Shown here piece after piece: positions 38,645 through 50,696 of a stretch of DNA of 64,000 nucleotides. Source of the DNA: Azolla caroliniana (taxonomy: Eukaryota; Plantae; Polypodiophyta); assembly GCA_043228905.1 (NCBI GenBank), contig JBHGNT010000007.1, forward strand, positions 16,306,001 through 16,370,000, written 5' to 3'. The notes under the pieces are model-generated. The model saw only the letters and a list, made by a program, of their open reading frames with translations, was not told the DNA's origin and ran no database searches. The stretch's first letter is position 1. Each line of letters starts with the position of its first letter. The position numbers were made by a program, and so were the translations under genes.

Positions 38645-40036
38645 TCAACCAGATTAAGTGGAGCACAAGAGCCTTCAAGCGAGCACAAGAGCCTTCAAGC
38701 GAGCACAACACATCTTGGATGAGTCCAAAGATAGACAAAGGGAAGGCCAAAATGCCGGAATATGAAGACGATCAATTTGACAACAATGAATGAACTCAAT
38801 CTCTCGACAATGAGTGTGGTGGCTTTGATGTACCTCTTATGAGGATACCTAGAGTGAAGAAAGCTATTGCCATGGCAAACGAAAAACTCCATCACTCCAC
38901 CCAAGAAAAGAATTCGGTTAGTCGATTTGGCTACAACAACTATATGGCATATCACTATGTCTTTATGATGAAGGTAGCAACAAATCGTGAACTGGAAAGC
39001 TTTGTCGAACCCACGATGGGTCGGAGCAATTAATAAGGAGATGCAAGCTCTTAGTAACAACGAGACATGGGATCTCGTCCCTCACTCACGTCACAATAAG
39101 GCACTCAGCTGCAAATGGATATTGAAGGTGAAGTATAATACCAACGACTCTGTCAATCATTATAAAGCCTAACTCGTGGTAAAAGGCTACTCACAAATGC
39201 ACAATGTCGACTATGAAGAAACCTTTGGCCCAGTGGCAAAGATGACAACTGTTCGAACCGTGATTGCACTTGTAGTGGCAAAAGGGTGGCACCTCCACTA
39301 AATGGACATAAAGAACGCCTTCCTCCAAGGAGAATTAGAAGAGGAGGTGTACATGGTCCAACCACCCGGTTTTGAATCCAACAACCATCTGAAAACAGTC
39401 TGCCGACGCAAGAAGCCTCTCTATGGCCTCCAACAAGCACCTAGAGCATAACAATTGAAGATAACATAATATCTTCATCAAATCGACTTTTGAATGGCAA
39501 AATACGACAACTCCCTCTATGTAAGAAGCGATTCTAGAAGCCCAATTGTCATCATCCTATACGTGGATGATCTGGTCCTTGGAGGTGAGCATCTAGTTGA
39601 TATCAACAAGGTCAAGCCCCTCCTCTCCAACAAATTTGAGATGTCAAACATGAAAGAGCTCCATTACTTCCTTGGCATCGAGGTAATTCAAACTCTAGCC
39701 GGCATTATGATCTCCCAACGACACTACATCCTCAACTTATTATATAAGTTTGGGATAACTGAGTGTAAGCCCGTCGCTACCCCCCTCGATCAAAACCTCA
39801 AACTACATGCCAACTCTGGCATCACAAAGTGTGAGTCGAGCCACTATCGACAACTCGTTGGTAGTCTTATCTACCTCACGATCACTCGACCCGACCTTAG
39901 CTATCCGGTCGGCCTCCTTAGTCAATTCATGCAAACTCCACAAGATATTCATTTGGATTGTGCTAAATGAGTGTTACGATACGTGAGTGGAACGATGGAC
40001 TATGACATTCTCTACAAATCGGTCATGCCAATTTAA

Positions 40037-40688
40037 TGTTGGGAGACAGGTCCATCCGGATGGGAAGGGAGAAGAACAGTGCCGACAAACAAACTCGGCC
40101 GAGGCCGAATCCGTATGAGGTGGACCCGGCTACGGAGAGCCGGATGATACAGGCCCGGTATGAACCGGATGAGGAGTACCCGGCTACGGAGAGCCGGATG
40201 ACGCAGACCCGGTGAGAACCGGAGGAGGAGACATATTCGTAAATATGTTTTTGACAGCCCATCGAGGCTATATTAGTAAATAGCCGAAAATTCATATTAG
40301 TATAAATATGACTTAGGGCAAACTTTTAGTGTTGTTGTCAATTTTTGTCTTGCACGAAATCAGTGTGTGTAACTGTACAGAGAGAGAGAGAGAGAGAGAG
40401 AACGAGGTCGTTGCCTCTGTTGTAACCGCCGCCTATGGCGAAGATCGTGAGCACGAGGTTGTTGCCTCCGTGGACTCACTGTTTTGTACATTCTTACATA
40501 GTGACAGTTTGCAGCCTGTGGACTGCCGTGGTTTTTCCCCTAGTTTGGGGTTTTCCACGTAAACCTCCTGTGTAGTGAGTGTATATCTTCCTCTCCTTTG
40601 TGTCGTGTTTTATTTCCCGTTTTCTATGTATCATTCTATGCTCGGTTGTGGCCGAGCGTCACGCATAAGGAACGTTGGGTTCCCGTCA
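40037..40688 (+). mobile_element. Copia B solo LTR (652 bp)
   Basis: TGTTGGGAG...CCCGTCA with TSD TTTAA. Confidence 0.93.
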
Positions 40689-41376
40689 TTTAACTCGAAG
40701 GGTACACAAATGCCAATTGGGCTGGCTCTAAGGCCGATAGCGGATCGACCTCCGGATTTGTTTTCTCCCTCAATAGTGGAGCAATATCATGGAGTAGTAA
40801 AAAGTAGCTTATTGTTGCTCTTTCAAGCATAGAGACTGAATACAGGGGCATGGCGGTGACTGCATGTGAAGTCGAATGGCTCAAGAGGATACTTACAGAT
40901 TTGGATACTAAGACAATCTTAGCAGTATCCATCTTGCTCGAAACCCCGTCTTCCATGCTCGGACAAAGCAAATTGAGGTGCACTACCACTTCATCGGAGA
41001 ACATGTCATTGCAAGGGATGTCGACCTTCAACACATCAACACCAATCCTTAGACAACTTATGACTTCACGAAGGCTTTGGGGATGACAAGCTTTGGCAAT
41101 TGTCAGTCGAGCTTGGCCATTCGAGCTACGACTTGTTGAGCTTGAGAGGTAGTGATAGCCGACCGATTGAGCTTGAAGGAGCATGTTGAGAATCAAACTC
41201 AACCTAAGTCTACTGTGTGAACATACCCTTCTTGAGAATGTATGAACATTCAAAGGTCAAAGGTCACCATTACCTTCTAACATTAACTATGTGTCATAGA
41301 ATCATATTTTATGACACATAACTAATGAGTTTCCACATTCCCCATGATGCATGAGCTTTAGTGAGAGAATGTAGAA

Positions 41377-43135
41377 TTCAGCCTCACTAGCGTCATCCTT
41401 AGAATTCAAAATGGATTTCATGGGGATCAGAAACGAACACAAGTACCATGAAGCTGATTTGTCGAACACGACATTGCGCCTAACTTGAACCTCTTTGGTT
41501 CGGGGGTTATAACACTTATAACCCTTTTGCTTGTCCGAGTAGCCGACCAAATTACATTCCTAGGCGTTGGCGTCCAACTTCCTCTATATCTCCTTTGGCA
41601 CATGCACATATGCTATGCTGCCGAATATCCTCAAGTGTGCCAGATTCGACTTCTTTTTGAAGTACAACTCATGTGGTGACACTTTTCCTCCTACAGTAGA
41701 GGCCCGATTTTGAAGGTATAGAATCGTCCTGACGGCTTCAACCTAGTAAAACTTCAGCATGCTCTTCTCCTTGAGCATTGCCTTGACTGCTTCTTCGATT
41801 GTCTAGTTCTTACAGTTGGCCACACCATTCTGCTGCGGCATGTATTTGTAGGAGACTTCACGCCAAATTCCTTCCTTTTGCATATAACTAGAGAACTGGT
41901 TGGAAAAATACTCTTTCCCACCATCGAACTTGAGGCACTTGATATTTTGTCTTTTCTCCTATTCAACAAGCCGTTTCACCTTCAGGAAGCAGGAGAAAAC
42001 TTCGTTCTTCTTCTCGATCACGCACACCTTGGTATGCTGAGTGTAGTCATCAATGAAGGTGATGAAATATCGATTCCCTCTGATGATCACGTTCTGTGCC
42101 CGTCTCCACACATTTGAATGGATCAAATCGAGCTTATTTCAGCTCCAATTATGCTCATTGGGGAATGGAAGCCTATGATGCTTCCCTAACTGGCAAGCTT
42201 CATATACTTGACCCTTTCGGCCACTGAATTTCAACAAGCCAAAAACGATGTTCTTCATTTGCATCTCTTGAAGCCATGGGAAGTTGACGTGGTTGACGCA
42301 CTTGTGCCACAGGTCGATGTCCAACTCAACCTTTTGCCCTTTGGTGAACATAGCGGTGTCGACATCATTTGCCTTGAGGATAAACATCCTCCCTTCTTGG
42401 TGCCCCTACACAATGATTTTGCCTTCCTCTTCAATGAAGCACCCTTGATGAGTGAATTGAACCTGCATTCCCTAGTCCACGATCTGTCCAACCGACACCA
42501 AGTTGTTGATGATCGTTAGGACATGCAGGACGTTCCTCATTATCCCTTTCTAGCCGACATGGCTTAGAGGGACGTCTCTTATGTGTTCGATGGAATGAGG
42601 GTGGTGTCATCCCCAGTTTCAATGACCCCCGGTTGTTTCGGCTTCTCTAGAGTCGAGAACCTCTCTTGGTGGTTCTTCATGTGGTTGGATGCTTCAGAAT
42701 CCACATACCACACCTCATTCGGCTTCGAGGTGCTCATCTTCATTGAATTGGCTTTGTGCTTCATTACGAAGGTAGGGCCCGTTCCAGCTCCTCGTGAGCC
42801 TTTAGCATAGTGCGATCTCTATCGTCTCTCGGAGTCAGCTTTGCTTGATCCAACTTTGTCCGAATCAGCCTGTTTCTTCTAGCTCTCACTCTCCTTGTGG
42901 CTCTTTTGATCACAATACCAACAATTAGTGGCCTTTCCTTGCAAGCTCCCGACACCACCATGACTCCACCCTACTTGTGGAGGGTCCACTACTATCGGCC
43001 CTATGGTTCTGCTCTTGTCGGCTGCCTCCATCGTGTGCCATCCTGCCTCGTCCACCACGACCACAGGGCCGATCCACTGCCGTGTACAACATATTTTTGT
43101 CGGTGTGCGTGCTTGTTGACACACCCGTGCGTGCT
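41377..43135 (-). pseudogene. Copia A-like gag end-protease-integrase fragment
   Basis: NCWYC..HKESE; EVWYVDSEASNHM; DIDLWHK; VGYSDKQKGYKCYNP. Confidence 0.85.
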
Positions 43136-43419
43136 TGGTCGATCATACAATTTCATCCATCAATCTCCACTCTTTAGCAAACATTGATGTTGGTTCGTCA
43201 TTTTGGTGGATCACTTTGACTTGTCTTCAGATTATGAGCACGTCTTGCATCATTTCTTTCCATTGGGTGAAATTCTTCCCATCAAACCTCCGGATTTCCA
43301 CATTTGTCCCAGACTGTGTCACCATTTTCTGGAAAGTAGATGTTGTTGACCTTGTCTTTTCTCTCAGTTGGATAACTTCTCTTTTCAGTCTTTGCTATTT
43401 GTTGCCACTAGAAAACAAG

Positions 43420-43945
43420 TGTTGAGAAGCAAGCTCAACATGGGCTGGATTGGCTGAATAAGCCGAGAGCCAGATTGGATGAAGACTGATCGGCTAGGCC
43501 CTGATCGGATCAGATTGGAGAGTTGGATCCGCGGGAAGACGAGGCCTATGCTCCTAGTTTAGTATGTAGTTATATTTTTGGGTGTTAGTATAAGAGGTTT
43601 TTTCATGAGAATTGAAGTAATTGTCACTACTTCTATCAGTCCTTTTAAGGACTTGTATAAAAGTGCTCTTTGAGCACATTTGTATGTGTTGCAATCGTGA
43701 CCGGCCACAACCGGTTTCCGTTCGTATATTCATGTGTAGGAAATAAATACTCAGCAAGAAAACCGAAAATAGAATAACTAGAAATAGAGAACACACATAT
43801 TTAAATGTGGAAACCCGAAATGGGAAAAACCACGTGGAGTCCACAAACTCCGAAACAGATCACTATGATGAAGAGGAGTACAATGAGAAACTCTGAGGCA
43901 ATGACCTTGAGATCTCCTTCGTCAATAGACAACTATGGAGTTACA
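43420..43945. repeat. Juxtaposed LTR fragments: Copia A-like (+, 43420 to ~43690) and Copia B-like (-, ~43690 to 43945)
   Basis: TGTTGAGAAGCAAGCTCAACA matches the A LTR start; GGCCACAACCG and GTGGAAACCCGAAATGGGAAAAACCAC match the B LTR. Confidence 0.65.
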
Positions 43946-45956
43946 TGTTGAATACGGGTTGTTACTTACGTAAATAGTGAGAAGGGAAGTTGCCCTAAGT
44001 TAGTCAGTATATATAAATTGACTTTGTAACCTAATTACCGTTGGTTGCTCATTTTGTAACGGTTGAAATAAACTTCATTGACATTGTGCCTACTTGTCTC
44101 TGACTCTCTCTCTTTCTTTCAAGTTGTTTTCTTTTCTGTCTTTGTTGCCATCTAAGCTATGATCTTGCATCCATTTACGTTCTTATCCTAGAAGAGTGCT
44201 AATCTTGTTCCGCATTAGAAGACAACATTCCCAACTTGGTATCAGAGCTTGGTTGTCTGTTTGATTCTACTGCCGCCTTCTATCTAGTCTCCATTGACAA
44301 CTCTCGTTTGTGTATCCTGACAATCTTAGCTGATCTCGACAGGAAACCTACAAGAAGATTGTTTATGCAAAGAGAAACGTGACGAAGTCTGCACTCTATT
44401 GTTGTAGGTCACTCTTGGTTATGTGATCGTAGCCGCTCGGAGTGAGACTTCTATCTTGACTAGGCCAAATCGTTGCTTCACTCGCCTAGGCAGAAATCAA
44501 ATAGGTCATCTGACGCTTTTCTCCTACTCGTTGTAGTCACCTAAAGCAAACACGACTCCAAGGGCAACCCCAATTTGTGTTTCATTTGATTGAACGATAT
44601 TCGGGAGGACCAGTCGGATTTGTCCCTCTCATCGTTGTAGTTAACCAAAACAGGATCGACATGGAGTATTACACATAATCCGTGTTGAGAAATTTCGGAA
44701 AAATCGAATCATCGAATCCGGGTTCAACTTGACTAAGTCAGTTGACAGTAGTCACTCTGAACAGGATTCATTCATATTCGTAATCAACATGACTTATGTT
44801 CAACTTCGGCTACAACGACATCGAGTGAGCCAAGTTGTTGCACTCCATCGCAGTTTGTAGCTAACTTCGAACAAAGTCTATTATACCAACACAGATGGCT
44901 TCAACATCCGACTCGTTAGAGATGAGTCTACGGAAGTTTGACGGATAGAACTTCAACTTCTAGAAGGAGCAGATGCAAGCTAATAGTCAAGGGGCAAATT
45001 GATCCCATTGAGAATGAAGAGCCTCCATAAGGATACTAGTCACTTGCATGGGAAAAGCTCGATAGAATCGTCCGAGCCACCATTCGGATGCACCTATAGG
45101 AGTGTGTGTACTTCACGGTGAAATCGTGCCAACTATGGAAGACACGTTCGGACACTTACGAAAAGAAGGTCGCCGTCACCAAGATATACCTGATCCGACG
45201 CCTTTATAACCTTCGGATGAAAGGGTTTGACTCGGTCCAGGCACACCTGAACGAGTACGAAAGGTTAAGCTCCCAAATTTTGGCCCAGGGGACAATTATT
45301 GAGGATGAACTAAAAGCAATGCTGCTCATGAGTAGTCTCCCTCCCTCGTGGGAAACTTTAGTTACAACCGCGTGCAATGCGTCGACAGCTCCCGTTAAGT
45401 ACTCCTCAGTCACGAGTGCAATTCTAACTGAAGTAGCTCAGAGAAAATCATTTGCTAACAATTAAGCCATCAACGCTTACGTAGTACAAGGTTCGACCGA
45501 CCAATCGAACAGTCGTGGAAGAAGTTCCTCACGGCAGCCGAACAATCAGCGAAGTCGGAGCAAGTCCTGGGATAATCGAGTTTGCAACTACTACAAGAAA
45601 CCCGGACACATCAAAGCCGATTTCCATGCACTCAAGGCCAAAAACGAGAAGGCTCAGCAAGCCAAGCAGAAGAGTGGCCGATACGAGGAGATCAACTACA
45701 TCGGCTCTTCGGCCGAAGTATTGACAAACGACCTGAATATACTATCAATTGAGAACCCAGTCGAATCAGAAATTTTGCTTATGACTGAAGAATCGAGCAC
45801 GTGGCTCTTAGATTCGGTTGCATCCTTTCATGTGACTCCTCATTGATTCCAATTTCGGCAATACACGGCCCAACATTCCGACTCAGTTCGAGTAGGAAAT
45901 TCACAACACTGCGACATAATTGGAATTGGTACAGTAGAGCTCAACCTCGCGGGTGC

Positions 45957-46540
45957 CTCAGCCTCGATTTGGTGGAAGGAACCTCCAATGCCGCCTCGAT
46001 TTGGTGGAAGGAGCCTTGATTTGGTGGAAAAAGCCCCAAATCACCACGACATCAACTGCAATCGGTGGAAGTAAGAAAGTCGTTGTCGAAGAAGTCGCTA
46101 TTGGCTGCTACCTAAACCCTCAGAACAGTCTCTGTACCTCAACCTAAACCCTAACAAAAACAGAAACCCTAAAAAAATCAGAAATCCTCAACTCAAACTC
46201 TCCAACCAGACATGGATGTCTAAGATTTAGATTGAAGGAAAATCAGAAACGTGACATGGATGTCTGTGATGAAAAGCTCAGAGGGATAGAGGAAGAGGAG
46301 TATGAGGGGAAGCGCCAAAATCGACGTGAGGGTAAAATAGCCCCCAAAATGGAAGAACATCTCCTCACGTGCTCCCCCCACTCCTTCTACAGTAAATGAC
46401 ACTTGTACTACAGTCACCCCACTCTCCAAAATCGATTTTCTTTTTCTCTAATTTTTTTTCTGAATTATTTAGTACTAATAGTATTGAAAATACTGACAAT
46501 TTTTGTGGCAAAAAACAGTACTTTTCTGGTACACCGTAGC
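45957..46540. other. Unclassified ~590-bp insertion in the Copia F protease region (possible DNA-transposon fragment)
   Basis: Host frame TVELNLAG|ASTLLRNVRHVPEL is interrupted; GTGC on both sides; contains AAACCCT motifs and short duplications. Confidence 0.45.
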
Positions 46541-48432
46541 GTGCTTCGACCCTACTACGCAATGTCCGACATGTACCTGAGCTTTCAAGACCACTGATCT
46601 CAGTTGGAGAATTGGATGAAGATAACATTCGTGCTGGCTTTTCATCAGGAGGGTGGACGCTCCATAGAGGGAACCTCCTGCTTGCTCAAGGACTGAAGAT
46701 ACACTCATTGTATCCTTTGCACGTCACACTCAAAGAGGGTGACCTGTTTTTGGTTGACATTCCTGTGTCATCCCTCTAGCACGGACGACTCGGACACCTC
46801 AGCAAGACTGGCATCATGCACATATCTAGAGTCAGATACATCCCCAAACTCTCCTTCTCAGATCATCAGTTTTTCGAGCATTGCGAATACGGCATGTAGA
46901 TAGCCGTAACACACCCTTCATCTGCCCCGAGAGAATCGATTCCGCTCGATTTGGTCCACTCGGATGTATGTGGTCCCCTATGCCACATCAATCTCTCAGT
47001 GGTGCTTTGTATTTCGTCAGCTTCATTGACGACTCAACTTGAAAGGTGTGGGCTTATCCGATCAAAACCAAAGATTGCGTTTTCTCGATCTTTTCCGATT
47101 GGCTCGCCATGGTAGAGAATCAATCCGGCCTAAAACTGAAAAGCTTTCGGTCCGATAATGGGGGAGAGTTCAAATAAGAGGAATTTGTCAAATTTTTCCC
47201 ACAACACGGCATACGACGTGAATTTACGGCACCTCATAGTCCGGAGCAGAATGGAATTGTCGAGCGAATGAATCAGACAATTCTAGAAAGGATAGTTTCC
47301 ATGCTCCAACACTTCAGATTGTTAGATGGCTTCTAGGCAGAGGCCCTACTTAGAGAAGTACATAGAATCAATATGTCGCTGAGTAGGCCTCTTGGACTTC
47401 GGATCCCTTAGGAACTATGGATCGGCAGTAAGCCGAATTACAACAAGCTGAGGATTTTCAGATGCGACGTGTATGCCCTCATCCTGAAAGATGATCACTG
47501 CAAATTTGCACCAAGGTCCATGAAATGTATTTTTCTTGGCTATGGAATAGATGGCGATATGGGATACCGACTTTAGGACCCCGAACATAGATAGATCGTC
47601 CGAAGTTCGGACGTCGTGTTCCTTGAGTCGGCCATGCATCAATCGGTTGAAAAACCAATCGAAGTCCGAAGGGTAATTTTTTCCAATGTGCCAACCCTTC
47701 ACGAAGGCCCAACGCACAACACACGGTCAGCTTCACGGGTATCTGAACCTTCTAACACCGACTCGGCACAGCCGGACGATTCGGCTTTGGACCATCCGAC
47801 CATGACACCCGATGCGACCAGTCCAGTCATACCTCGAAGATCTGAGAGACTGTCGTAACCCGCGGAGAGATACTCTCCTGGCATATTCTTTACGGATGCC
47901 AGAGAACCGAACTCATACAAAGAAGCATCGACGTCACCCGATTTGGCCACCTGGCATCTGACAATGGAGTCCGAAATGAACTCCATTCACACAAACAAGA
48001 CTTGGAACCTGGTCGAATTACCGAAAAATCGACATGCTCTTCTATGCAAGTGGGTCTATCGAATTAAGGAGACGTCCGATTCGGCCAACCCAAAATTCAA
48101 AGCCAGATTAGTAGCAAAGGCTTTTCAACAAGAACGCGATGTTGATTTCGACGAGATTTTTTCGCCCATGGTGAAGATGACAACCCTTCAATTCATGCTC
48201 GGTGTAGTGGCAACCGAAAATAGCTGATTTAGCTAGATGTCAAAACGGCTTTCCTCCATGGTGATCTTGACAAGGAAATTTATATGGAGTAGCCAAAAGG
48301 CTTTGTGGCGTTCGGCCAAGAACATCTAGTCAACCGATTCCAGAAGAGTCTTTATGGCCCGAAACATGCGCCACGATAGTGGTACAAGAAGTTCGACGAC
48401 TTCATCCAATCGATCGGCTTCTCAAAGAGCGG

Positions 48433-49549
48433 TGTCGTGAAGATCCGTCACTACGTGCGGACCGGAAGGACTCGAAGTTTGCACTAGCTTTAGTGAGATA
48501 GGAATTAAGATAGATTGAAAGAGAGAGATTGAGATAAGATAGAACGGTTGACTTTAGATTGAGAGAGATTAAGACTGATACATCAATTGGATAACGAATT
48601 TCTTACTTTTAATTTCTTGATTAATACATCGCTCCATTTTTCTTCTTCATCCACTATTTTATAGACGCCTGCATGCATATGATGCATGTGAGGCTACAAG
48701 ACATACATACAATGCATGGAATGCATGTGATGCATGTTTGCCATTTCGTGCTCATGCTTTACATGTGATGCATGATAATCATGTCACTTATTCAAGCTCT
48801 AATATGAGAATTTACATGTAAAAGTATAATGATAGAAAAAACATTTCTAAGGAAATGACTAAGCCTAGTGATAAGTCTATTGCCTCTTATCTTGGAGGTG
48901 CAAGGTTCAAGCTTTGCTTGCATCCCTTTGATTACAAATTTCTAATAGGGTTTTTAGTCTAGATGATTTTGTTCATTTCACACCGAAATCGTCACAATTA
49001 ACCTATCTGATCGATCCGTCTATCCGGTCCGCTTTCGACCCGATGATCCGGCCTATCCGTTCCGGTTCCGGTTTCGTCGTCGTCCGATGCCAGTGTCGGT
49101 TCCGGTTTCGGCTCCGTCGCCGTCCGGTTCTGGTTCCAACTTTGTCCAAAACACTATTTTGAATAACTTGGCTGCATCCATTCATCCATATTACACAACC
49201 CAACCCTTCTATGCTCCTAGCACTTAGATGAAATATACAGAAATATGGCTCTACTTATATACTCTTACATCTTGATGTTGTCCTATGTATGTGGGATATC
49301 TCATAATTTTGTTTTTCTCTTCTTCTTCTCAAACTTCACATTCACATAACTTGACACTAATTTGTCCATTTCACATGTCGTAAAGTACATTCGGAAGCTC
49401 TTGAAGACCCCCATCTTCCCATACCAAGATATTAAGCTAATCTAAAATAGTATCTTCACTATCATTGTTTCATGTCTTGTGTGAAGAACCACACTCAATT
49501 TTGGACATTCCTCGCAATTTTCACACCATTGCCAAAAATCTTCACGACA
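48433..49549 (-). mobile_element. Gypsy (Trp group) solo LTR (1117 bp)
   Basis: 12-bp inverted termini TGTCGTGAAGAT/ATCTTCACGACA; 4-bp TSD GCGG; removal restores host KSGEDHC. Confidence 0.9.
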
Positions 49550-49924
49550 GCGGTGAGGACCACTGTCTCTTCATGGAAATAGCTCGAGATGGGTCACCCA
49601 TCTTCCTCATCATCTACGTAGACAACATGCTAACCTCTGGATGCCATGCTGGCGAACTAGCCGAACTCATTCGGCAATTACGGTTGAAGTTTGCCATGAA
49701 GGATCTCGGTCCGGCACGACACATTCTTGGTATCAAGATAAGTCGGAATCGTAATCAACGACAATTGTATATGTCCCAGTCCGACTACATTGGACGTGTC
49801 CTCGAACGCTTCAACATGGAATCGGCGAAATCTGCCTCTACCCAGCTCCCTATTCATACTTGACTATCTTAGCGAGACTGCTTGACATCCGTTCTATAGG
49901 GGGAAATTATGAAGTCGGTACCGT

Positions 49925-50696
49925 TGTCGTAGTGTAAATCGCACACTATGAGAAATTTGCATTTTTGGTCTCTCCGGATGGGACATGGAGAGCCGACAAG
50001 AACCAGATGAAGAGTACTCGGTGAGAAACAGACAAAGAGGACCCGGTAAGGAGGACCCGGTAAGAGCCGGATGAAGAAGGCCGGAGAGAGTCTCTCACCG
50101 AATGAAGAGACATATTTGTAAATAGGAGAGAATATTAAAAATATTGTTACATGCATAGGGCAGGATTCGAACCCTGTACCTCCATGTAAATAAACCCAAA
50201 CTTTACTATTGTAATAACTTATCATAAGTGGTATATGACTTATATTTACACCTACTTTTACAAAAAAGAAAATCATGCAATTTTAGAGTGGATGAAAACT
50301 TTATCTAGAAGGAACATGCAAACAAAAGAAAAGTTACTCATGCATGCTTATCGTGCATGAACACTATATTTAGGAAAGGGAAAGCATGATGTTATGCTTA
50401 GCCTCTTCCGTCACTATATAAGGAAGAGAGAAAGATGTATTCAGTTGTTGATTATATTGTAAGGATTGACCAATATAATATATTCGTGGGATTCACGAAT
50501 TTGTCATCTAAATTGTCTCTTACTATCTAAATATTGATTAAATACACTAAACTCGTGGTATTCACGAGATTCTTAACTTACCTCTCTTTCTACCTATTCA
50601 TTACCAGCCTTATCTCATATTCTTCTTCCTCCTAGTCCAAAACCCCAGCAATTCCCACCCGACTCACGCAACGATCTGGCGCAGAAAGGCACGACA
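49925..50696 (+). repeat. Gypsy G 5' LTR (772 bp), apparently chimeric
   Basis: TGTCGT...ACGACA termini; Copia-like block 49963-50124; B-box 50163-50173 on minus; TATATAA near 50415. Confidence 0.78.

Larger units (their letters stand above)
29609..41376 (+). mobile_element. Older Copia (E, related to A), degenerate, with three nested insertions
   Basis: 5' LTR 29609-29624 plus 35295-35669; PBS TGGTATCATAG at 35670; gag-pol fragments 35840-41110; 3' LTR from 41184, truncated at about 41376. Confidence 0.88.
43950..49924 (+). mobile_element. Degenerate Copia (F, Tork/TAR-like)
   Basis: PBS TGGTATCAGAGC at 44237; gag (LLMSSLPPSWE); WLLDSVASFH; LVHSDVC; RT through about 49920. Confidence 0.85.

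Noticed and set aside
38661-38708. 20-bp tandem duplication GAGCACAAGAGCCTTCAAGC
   Set aside because: Ordinary slippage in a dead Copia linker.
48433-49549. TIR DNA transposon/MITE (12-bp inverted ends)
   Set aside because: Its start matches Trp-group Gypsy LTRs at 16030 and 62901, so it is a solo LTR.
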